The notes beneath the pieces were generated by a model, which saw only the letters and a list, made by a program, of their open reading frames with translations, had not been told where the DNA came from and searched no databases. The translations under genes and the position numbers were made by a program. A DNA stretch of 64,000 bases from Methanobacteriota archaeon (GTDB taxonomy: Archaea > Thermoplasmatota > Thermoplasmata > SG8-5 > JAGLSY01), in the NCBI GenBank assembly GCA_020696385.1, contig JAEHCQ010000001.1:96001-160000 (forward strand). Direction: 5' to 3'. This document shows positions 1 to 11,600 of this stretch, piece by piece (positions within the stretch are counted from its first letter, which is position 1; each line of letters starts with the position of its first letter).

Positions 1-2640
1 CAATGGCCCCAATATCAGTGGACCAGACAAAGTCAATACCTGAAATGAGATTATTATAGATATCATACCCGGAGGCTGTGAATGTCACTGAACCTCCTAC
101 TATGACTGTTGCCGGGTCTGGAGATATGATTATATGATCCAGTGCCCCAACAAGGACCTCGACATCTGCTGATTCGGATATGGTTCCATTCGATGCGGAG
201 ACAATGCCTGTACCGGGCATTGTCCGGGCAGTGAAGAGGCCAGTACCATCGATGGTTCCGACATCGGTGGACCATGTGAAGGAAACACCTGGCAAAATAT
301 TATTGTAAGTATCATAGGCAATGGCGCTGAAGGCCTGAGTACCTCCGACAGTGATCGAGGCGGAATTCGGAGATACGATGATATGATGGATACTTCCCAA
401 AACAATATCCACAATTGCTGAATAACTTATTGTGCCATTGGTCGCTGTGACAATTCCTGTACCTAGAGCTGTCTGGGCAGTGAAGAGACCGGATGCGTCT
501 ATCGAACCCGCATCCGTTGTCCAGGTGAAATCCACACCAGACACGACATTATCGAATACATCATAGGCAATGGCCGTGAACAGTTGATCACTTCCTACCT
601 CGACGGTCGCTGGATCGGGGGTCACCATGATATGATCGAGTGCTCCTACTTTAACATCCACAGATGCCGAGCCAGATACTGTACCGTTTGTCGCGGTCAC
701 TATACCATTCCCAGGACTGGATTGTGCAGTGTATTGTCCGAAGGCATCTATCGACCCCACATCCGTGCTCCAGCTGAAGACCACGCCAGGCATAATATTG
801 TTATAAGCATCGTAGGCGGTTGCGGTGAAAGACCGGGTTCCGGCAACCTCGACCTGGATCGAGTCCGGGGTGACCACAATACGGTCCAAAGGCCCCAGAA
901 CGATATCCACAGTTGCTGAATCATAGACCAGGCCTATGCTTACATTGACGATCCCCGCGCCAGGTACGGTATGGGCAGTGAAGTAGCCAGTTGAGTTAAC
1001 CACACCGACATCCGTACTCCATACGAATGGTGCATTTGGAATTATATTACTGTAAACATCATGAGCAATTGCTGTGAATTGCAAAGTATCTCCAACAGCA
1101 ATTGCTGCCGGGTCAGGTGAAACGGTGATGGTATCGACATCACCGACTATGACATTCACCACGACAGTACCAGTTACGGTTCCATTGGTCGCGGTCACTA
1201 TCCCTGCGCCAGGTACGATCTGAGCCGTGAAGTAACCTGTTGAATTGACAGCTCCCACATCCGTATTCCATACAAAATCCATTCCAGGTATGACATTATC
1301 ATGAATATCATAGGCGGTTGCCATAAATAATTGGCTTTCGCCCACTTTGATCGTTGCCGGATCTGGTATGACCACGATATGATCGACGAGGCCAGGAATA
1401 ACATCCACGGTTGCTGTCGCACTTACCGAACCATTGACTGCGGTAACCTGGCCACTGGCAGGAGTGGTTTGTGCGGTTAAGAGGCCGGATGCATCTATTG
1501 CACCGACATCCGTGAACCAGATAAAGGTGGCACCGGGTATCGGATTATTGAAAATATCGTATGCGGATGCTGTGAAAGCCTGGATTGAGCCAGCAATAAC
1601 AGTCGCAGGGTCAGGAGTGATGATGATATGATCAACTGTTCCCTCAATGACATTGGTAACTGAACTTCCTGTGATCGAGCCATTGGTTGCATTTACAAAG
1701 CCAGAATCCGGTGTGATCTGGGCGGTGAAGAGGCCATTGGCATCGATCGAGCCCACATCCGTACTCCACACAAAGTCGATCCCCAGCAGAGGATTGTCAT
1801 AAATATCATAGCCTATGGCTGTGAAGACCTGCAGCTGACCTACAAGGATCGATGCAGGGTCTGGTGTGACAAGGATATGATCCAACACATCCGCCATCAC
1901 ACTGACAGAGGCCGAGCCAGAGAATGTTCCGTTAGTGGCAGTGACAGTTCCGATCCCGGGTGAGGTCTGAGCTGTTAATTGACCGGATGCATCTATCGAG
2001 CCCATGTCCGTCGACCAAGTGAATACAATACCAGGAACCACATTGTCATGAACATCATAGGCCACTGCAGTGAATGCCTGGCTTCCCCCGACCGTGATCA
2101 TAACTGGGTTCGGGCTTACGATGATCTCATCCACGGATCCGGGAATCACATTGACAGTGGATGAATAACTGATCGAATTGTTCATAGCCATAACAAAGCC
2201 AGTAGCTGGGATGGTCTGGGCTGTGAGCAGACCAGTATCATCAATGGAACCGATATCGGTGGTCCAATCAAAATCATATCCGGAAATTACATTTCCATAA
2301 ATGTCATGGGCTGTCGCGGTGAACTGCTGAGTCATGCCAGCCCCCATCGTGATAGGATCAGGCGTGACCAATATATGATCAAATGAATCCGCGATAACAT
2401 TGACGTTCGCATTACCAGATACAGAGCCGTTCGTCGCCGTTGCGATACCTACGCTGACGATGGTCTGAGCTGTCAATAGCCCAGCAACATCTATTGTTCC
2501 AATATCCGTTGTCCATGTGAATTCGATGTTTGGAATGACATTGTTGTAGGTGTCATAGGCAGTTGCGGTAAATGATCGGGTTCCTCCAACCACCACGAAT
2601 GATGGATCGGGCAGAACCACAATGTGGTCCAGTACTCCAA
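1..2640 (-). repeat. Second block of ~249-bp (83-aa) Ig-like coding repeats in the truncated giant gene (about 10 units visible)
   Basis: Recurrent HIxVxPDP...FTAxAYDxxxN...WxTDxG...TAQT motif at ~249-bp spacing. Confidence 0.9.
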
Positions 2641-5600
2641 GAACGACATCCACCGACAGACTTTTGCTTGTATTATATTGGAATGCACCGCCATCATGGA
2701 TCGTACCAATGGCATCAAAGTCATACATATCCTGGATCGATGGTGCCAGAAGATCGAAGTTGAATATCTGAGTTGTTCCGGAGAACCAACTCAGGTCGGA
2801 GCCTGCGGTATAATTGAATCTCAATGTCCTGCTTCCTCCCAGCCACTGGGATGTCCAGCCTGGCATGGTGTTGATATTTGATGGAGTTCCCCAATCGATA
2901 GGGATGATGATCTCCACCACATCCCCATCCGCATCTTGGAAAATACCATCGGTTCCGATATTTGTGACATTCAGGTAAAAGGTCTCGGTGGAATTGGATA
3001 TGATAGTATCGGGCCACATCACAAGGTCAAGAATAGGCGCATTCACCGCATCCACAATGACCGTGTTCGAAATGGCATTTTCAATATAGCCAGTATCGGT
3101 AGTTCCTGTAGCAAGGGCACCATTGTTCAATGAATATGCACCGACTCCAGCTGGTGATATGGAGACATCGAAAGATAGAGTTTCGATTCCCAAAGCCGGG
3201 ATGTTCAAAATGGTCCAGTCCAGTGTTGTTCCATCCCAATTCCATGATCCATCCGAGGCGACGACATTACCAACCCAGCTTATGCCTAAAGGCAGGGTAT
3301 CGGATATGATCACATTGTCAAGACCAAGTGTCGGATGTGCATTATACACCTCGATGGTCAATCGAACTGTCGTGGTACCACTGGCAGGAACCAAGACAAG
3401 ATCACTGGTCTTGGTCAAATTCAATACACCGCAGACAGATAGTGCCTCTGTCTGCGAAGGTGGTAGCATTACACCCAGATCATCGGTGTAATTTAGACTG
3501 GCCGTATTCATGAGAAGAGTTCCGTCCGGCACATCGGCATTCACCTGGGCCACGATCTGAACCGAGTGGATACCAGGGGGCACATCTGTCAAGGCCCAAC
3601 TAACAACTCCGCCGGATTCCGTACCGCCCCCGGTAGCGCTGCTAAATGTCACACCTACAGGTAGGGTGTCGTTTATCCAGACAAAGTCAGAAGGATCGGT
3701 ACCAGTATTATTGTAATAGATAGTGTAGGTTAAAGTATCAAGAGGATCGCTTATTGGTGCATCCACTATCTTTTCAATATCTATTCTTGTATTACTTATG
3801 GAAGTATTGACAATATTTGATATAACGGATTCATTATGTTTGATATTATTATCATTGATATATTCAGAGATGATCCGATTACTTATCATGGTACCGCCAG
3901 GTGTTCCATCAAGCACTTGTACGGTGATATTGAAATAGTAAACTCCAGGCATGACCGCGGGGATCTTCCAGGAATAATTATTGCCATTTATTATCGGAGA
4001 TACAGGAGCTGAATCTGAAACAAAGGACAGGTATTGATCAAAGGAATCGTTCACCCAAATGAACAATGCCATGCTCGAACCTGTATTATTGTAATAGATA
4101 GTGTAGTTCAACATATCTCCCGGTAGGGCTGTTGTTGCTGAGACCAGTTTATCGATCGAGATGACAGGTGCCGAGATAGTCACGGCAGCTGTATCATTGC
4201 TACCAGGAAGACTGATACCATCAATGTCAGTGTAGTTCATGAACACTTCATTGACTATGCTCTCATTCTCGATCACAGTATTGTCGATCTCCACATCGAC
4301 CCAGAACCAATGTAATCCAGGGGTGACATTGGTAAAGTGCCATGAATAATGACCATCCACGAATGTCCAGGGTACACTGGCATTGGAGTTCATGAATATG
4401 AGTGGTGCTGGCAGGGAATCATTCACCCATACATGGCCAGCATCCCCAATTCCTGTATTATTGTAATAAATGGTGTATCTCAGGCTGTCTCCCGAAGAGA
4501 TCGTACCCTTGGCTCCAGTAGCTGGGGCAGAGCCATGGCCAATGGCTGCTCCTATCGCCTGGAATATACCTATTAGCTCGGTCGCGGTCGGTGAATAGTA
4601 ATACTCTCCATAAGATGTATTTGACACCCTCCATAGATTGTACTCACTCGTACCGGATTCATTGGAGCCAGGACCATCATATGTCGCATTTATGCCATCG
4701 AACTCATTCGGAGCTGGCATGGTGTGGCGAACTGGTGTGCTTATGTTATCATAATGTTCCAGGCCAAGACCGATCGTGTAGATCGGAATATCAGAGTACA
4801 GCAGACCCTGACGCACACCCAGGTTGGTGGCGTTCATCCAGAGAGCACCCGGTGGATAGAGGGTGAAGGGGTATGCATATTTCCCAATGTGCCAGTTATA
4901 TGTGAAGGTGGGGAAGGCAGTGGAAGGATATGCTGGTGGGTCCATCGGATGCCATGGGCACCACGTGTCACTCGCACTTTCTACATTTCCTGATGCGGAC
5001 GAGTCCTTGGATTGATAATCAAATCCATCTGTGAGCGATACAACAGCGGGGTAGTGTCCAGCCCACTCGGGGTGGGTCGGATCGTTCTTGGCATTCCTGG
5101 TGCTCATGTAGGCTAATCCAGTTCCATCCCAAACCGGTGTCATCTGTCCTTCAGCAATGGTGTCTATCTCAGTGTTCACCGAGGTCCTTCCTGCAGCTGT
5201 GAGCGTGGTCATCTCTATTATTTCGACGATATTGGCTCCCTTTGTCGAGTATATACTGACGGCAGAGCTGTCACTCAGGTCTGAAATAAGGTTTTTCGCC
5301 CCTGCTTTCGCAACATCCAGCCACGATGCCCCTGTTGCATTGAATCGAGAGGTCATAGAGTCAGAGTTATCGATGAAGATACCAACAAGATTGTCCCCGC
5401 CTGTAGGGAGAATGGCGGTTGTGTTTATCTGGGCAATATCCAGCACATCCGCATCATTGAATGAAGTACCGATAATATAGGTGAATTCCTCCTGGCCCAC
5501 TACGGCAGTCAAAGGGATAGTTATGTTCACCATTATACTGATATTACCTCCATCGGCGGGTAATATTCCAGTATCCGGGAATGCATTGCCATTGGTATCC

Positions 5601-8600
5601 ACCAATGGACTCCAGTCGGAATTGAACAATTGAACAGGCCATTCCAATCGAGAAAGATAATCCATATCTACCGAATCAGCGATCGATTGGAGATTGGTGA
5701 TATTCACCATGTATGAGATCGTGGAGCCAACGGAAGTAGAGCCCCACTGGTTCGGCTCAACAACAATGTCCTTGAAGATACGCTCGACTGTCTTTGACAC
5801 TGCCATGCTTGGAAGATAGAACACTCTGGTTGTCGCATTGTCCATGGTCTCCGGAAGCAGGTGATCTGTGTTTGTTGTATAATTGCAGAATACCCAGTTT
5901 GTCAGTAGTACACCATTGCTCAGCCCGACATCTACACCGACCGTCATGGTGACCGAGGAGATACCTGGCAGTACATTTGAAAAGTGCCAGCTTACAATAC
6001 CGCCGGCTTCAATACCACCAGCGGATGCACTGATGAAGCTCACATTGGCCGGAAGGGTGTCATTAAGCCAGACATCCTGGGCCGTGGTCTCTCCACTATT
6101 ATTGTAATAAATTGTGTATGTGATAATATCACCTGACTCGGCCTTCGCGGGTGCAAGTTTTACAGGTGATATATTTGGTGATATGATATCGATACTGTCT
6201 GTGTCATTAAGCCAGGTATCCAAGATATCAGATGCTGTCAGTAACTGAGATGGTCTTGTGTAGAGGATCAGATCAGTGAATGTGAATGTTCCAGCATCAG
6301 GCCCTGTATAGGTGTGGCCTGCAGGCAGTACCGCGGGATATGGATCGGTGGAAGAAAGATCGATGGTACCTGCATAATCGGTCTTGACATTGCCATCTGC
6401 ATCATATACCGTCACCGTGACGCTGAAAAGCTCTCCGATAGTCACCTGGGACGGAGAGTCCAGTACTATGAAAGATGCTGCTCCAGGCAATACATTCACA
6501 CTGGCACTGTCCAATAAGCCTCCGTAATTACCAATGATCGTCCATGTGCCTACCTGGCCCGCACTGTAAACATTGAGCATGGTGGTTCCCAGAGGATCAT
6601 TATCCGTGAACACAGTGCCCGAGGTCACATTCCAGGAATTACCATTCGCATCATAAGCAATTGCCGTGTAAGAAACGATATCATCGGTGGTGATCGTGGC
6701 TGTTGCTGGAGAGATATCGATCGACACGGCCTGGCCATGAATTATGGTTATCGTCGCGCTTCCCGAAACACCACTATCATTGGCGTATATGGTCCAGGTC
6801 CCTACAATATCTGCGATGAAGTAACCGGAGGCACTGACTGAACCTCCACCATCCACTTCCCAAGCTGGAGATATTGGAACTAAATTATCATAAAGATCAT
6901 ATCCAGTAGCGATGAACTGCTTACCAGAATCTGCATTCATGGCCCATGGATCTGGAGATACGGTTATGCGATCCAATGGTCCGGCAATGACATTGACATT
7001 GGATGATCCAGATACAGAGCCATTGGTGGCCGTGACAGACCCCATGCCGGGAGTGGTCTGGGCAGTGAAGAAGCCAGTGGAATTGATAGAACCCACATCC
7101 GTACTCCAAATGAGGTCGATGTTCGTGATCAAATTACTATAAGCATCATAGGCCATGGCCATGAATTGCTGAGAATCCCCCACAATGATTGTGCAAGGGT
7201 CAGGTATGACGATGATGATCGCAATATCCCCGGGAACCACATCGACCACTGCAAAGCCAGTGACGCCACCAGAGGTGGCATTGACGAGGCCTGAGCCGGG
7301 AATGGTCTGGGCGGTAAGATAACCACCAGAGCTTACCACACCTACATTCGTATCCCATAAAAATATCGCGCCAGTGATCAAATTATTGTAAAGATCATAG
7401 GCCTCTGCCGTGAAGGTCTGGGATCCTCCAACCTCCACAGTGGCGGGGTCTGGGTTGATGATTATATGGTCAACGGGCCCCACAAGGACCTCGACATTGG
7501 CTGAGCCTGTAATTGTGCTATTGATCGCAGTTACGATCCCAATGCCTGGAATTGTCGCTGCGACGAAAAGACCAGATGTATCGATCGTGCCAATATCAGT
7601 GCTCCATGTGAAATTAACTCCGGGGATCACATTATTGTAAAGATCATAAGCTATTGCCGAGAAGGACTGAGACTCACCGACTACAACGGATGCTGGATCT
7701 GGTAAGACATCGATGTGGTCAATTGGACCAACCACGACATTGACAGCGGCTGAGCCAACTATTGAATTGTTCGTGGCAGTGACCGTTCCCGCCCCAGTCA
7801 TGGTCTGGGCTGTGAAAAGTCCTGAAGCATCTACAGTGCCCACATTGGAATTCCAAATGAGGCCAACTCCAGGGATAACATTATTGTAAAGATCATAGGC
7901 CACGGCTGTGAAGGCCTGGGAATCACCCACCACTACGATGGCAGGATCCGGGCTAATGATTATGTGGTCTACATCTCCAGAGATCACACTAACGGTGGCG
8001 AAGCCAGATACACTACTATTGGATGCAGTTACAAAAGCAGTTCCCGGTATCGTGGGAGCTGTAAAGAAGCCGCTTTGATCCACGGAGCCAATATTGACAC
8101 TCCAGACAAATTCCATGCCCGTGATGGTATTATTGTAAAGGTCATATCCAACAGCTGTGAAGGATTGGGTATCTCCAACGACAATTGAATAAGGATCCGG
8201 TGTGACAGATATGTGATCCAATGGACCAACGATGACATTCACAGCAGCCACTCCAGATATTGTATTATTGAAGGCAGTTACAGTTCCAGTTCCTGGTATT
8301 ATCTGGGCGGTGAAGGAGCCAAGCTGATCAATAGACCCAACATCCGTACTCCAGATGAAGCCCACACCGGGTATTGGATTATCATATCCATCATAAGCCA
8401 TTGCGGTAAATATCTGAGTATCACCAACTACTATATTGGCTGGATCGGGCAGTACAGTTATGTGGTCGATCTGACCGACAATGACATTGACCACCGCGAC
8501 ACCGTCCATGGTTCCATTGGATGCAGTTATCGAGCCAATTGCAGGAGTTGTCTGGGCTGTGAGACGACCTGAAGCATCGACCGTGCCCACATCCGTACTC

Positions 8601-11600
8601 CATGTGAACACAACACCTGGAATCGGATTATTATAGATATCATAGGCATTGGCCGAAAACTGATCATTCTGACCGACCTCGATATTGGCAGGATCGGGCG
8701 TGACATCGATGTGGTGAATGGCACTTGGTACTACATTCACCACCGCGGTGCCAGTTATCGAACCACTGGTTGCATTGACATAGCCAGTACCTGTGATCAC
8801 CTGGGCTGTGAAGACCCCTGCGAAGTTCACCACTCCCATATCCGTGGTCCAGAAGAAAGTGGCATTGGGTATGTGATTATTGTACACATCGTAGCCCATT
8901 GCTGTGAAGGGCTGTGAAAAGCCAACGACAACGGACACTGGAGATGGAATTATCTCAATGTGATGAAGAACATCTGCAAGGACTTCCACACTTGCAGAAC
9001 CCGTGACAGAGTTTGCAGTGGCATTGACGAAGCCATTACCCGATACAGTGAATGCTGTGAAGAATCCAGTGGAATTCACAACACCCAGACCAGTATTCCA
9101 AAAGAAGGAAACTCCGGGGATCGAATTATTGAAAGCATCGTAAGCCACAGCAGTGAATTGCTGTGTCTCTCCTATGTGGACCGAGACCGGACTGGGCATT
9201 ACCACGATGTGATCGATATCACCCAATATGACGAATACAGACGCATTGCCAGTTACGGAACCATTGGTGGCCTCCACAATACCGGTCGATGGTGTGATCT
9301 GAGCTGTGAAAAGTCCATTGTTATCAACAGAGCCAACATTCGTATTCCAATCGAAAGCCATGCCAGATATCGAATTATCATATTGATCATAACCAATTGC
9401 CGTGAATTGCTGACCCTGGCCGACCTGGATGGTTATTGGGTTCGGATCAATCTCAATGCGATCCACCAGATCGGGAACAAGGGTTACCGTGGCAAAGCCA
9501 GTGAAGGAATTATTGTATGCCTGGACCACACCCACACTCACTAATGTCTGGGCTGTGAAAAGACCATTGGCATCCACGGAACCAATGTCCGTGCTCCAAG
9601 TGAAATCCAATCCGGTTATCAGATTGCCATATATATCACGGGCCGTGGCAGTGAACTGTCGTGATTTCCCCACCACGACAGTTGCCGGGTCTGGTGCCAC
9701 GCTGAGATGATCTATCACGCCAGGAATAATTGATATCGGTACATTTCCAGATACCGAGCTATTGGTGGCGGAAACAATACCACTGCCCGGTGTAATCCGG
9801 GCAGTGAAGGTTCCGTTTACATCCACGGAACCAATGTCCGTGCTCCATGTGAAATCGATCCCCAACAGAGGATTATCATAGACATCGAAAGCCTCTGCGG
9901 TGAATGACTGACTGGCTCCCACGACCATTGTCAGTGGTGAGGGTGTCACGATGATATGATCTATCGGGCCTACCAGTACGGTGATGTTCGCAGTCACTGT
10001 CACCGAGCCGGATGTGACGCTCACTACACCAGTACCTGGCACAGTTTGAGCCGAGAAATAACCAGTGGAGTTCACAACCCCAGCTGTCGATGTCCAGAAG
10101 AGCAGTGGACTGGGTATGACATTATTGAATTGATCATAGACTGTTGCTGAGAACTGCTGGATATCGCCGACCATTATGGTCAATGTATTGGGGGAAATAG
10201 TGATATGATCCACGGTGCCGACAGACACTTCGACAAATGCGGTGCCTGTGAGGGTTCCATTGGTCGCTATCACGCTACCAATGGAAGGTGTGGATTGAGC
10301 TAAGAAGAAACCGGATGTGTCGATCGTACCCACATCCGTGCTCCAATCGAATAGCATTCCAGTGATCTCATTTCCAAAAGAGTCATATGCGGTCGCGGTG
10401 AATTGTTGCTGGCCTCCCACGGTCACGGAGATCGGATCAGGCATAACGTCGATATGATCCAATCCTCCAATCTCCGCGGTCACAAAGGCAGTTCCAGTGA
10501 TCGAATTACTGACTGCTGTCACCTCGCCAGTTCCGGGAATTGTCTGGGCAGTGAAAAGACCGGATGTGTCAATTGTTCCCACATCCGTACTCCATGTGAA
10601 AGTGATGCCCGTAAGAGGATTATCGTATTCATCATAAGCAATTGCATCGAACTGCTGATCATCGCCAACAGTCATTGTTATTGTATCCGGGGTGACATCG
10701 ATATGATGAGCCGGGCCAGTCATGATGGTCGCACTGGCAGTATCGGAAAATGAATTATTAGATACAGTTATTATCGAAGATCCAGGAGTTGTCTGGGCAG
10801 TGTACAGTCCACTTGATGTGATAGAACCAAGATCTGCAGACCAGTCAAATCCAACTCCGGATATCTCATTACCATACAGGTCGAAGGCCTTGGCAGTGAA
10901 TTGCTGGGTGTCTCCGACAGGTACGGTGGCCGTCGATGGACTTATCTCAACGCTGTCGACCCCTCCGATGATGACTTCGATATTGGCAATTCCAGTAACC
11001 GAGCCATTAATGGCAGATATGGTTCCAATTCCAGGTACTGTCTGAGCCGTGTAAAAGCCAGATGCATCCACAGTTCCGACATTCGTACTCCATCCGATAT
11101 CAACACCCGGAATGGCATTATTGTAAATATCATAAGCCACAGCGGAGAATGAAAAGCTGCTTCCAACCTCGATGATCGCTGAAGATGGTGAAACATCTAT
11201 ATGATGAATATCAGCGACAACTATCGTGACACTGGCCGAACTACTGACGCCATCCACGGTAGCGCTCACCGATCCGACATCGGGAGTTGTCTGGGCAGTC
11301 ATTGTGCCTGCAAAATTGATGACACCGATATCCGTGCTCCATAGAATGGTCTCGCCAGCCATAATTTCATCATTCTCATCATAGACCACGGCCGTGAACT
11401 GCTGTTGTGTCCCAACCACGACAGTTGCGGGATCGGGCGTGACCTCGATACGAGCCACATAATTGGGTTCATCCGGAATACTGGCCATTAATATTGACGC
11501 AGTATCTTCCCAGAGAATCGTCTCGCTAATGTCATATCCGATATTTCCAACCGCATCCTGCACTTCCACCTTGATGAGGCATTGGTCATTGGGCTCCACG

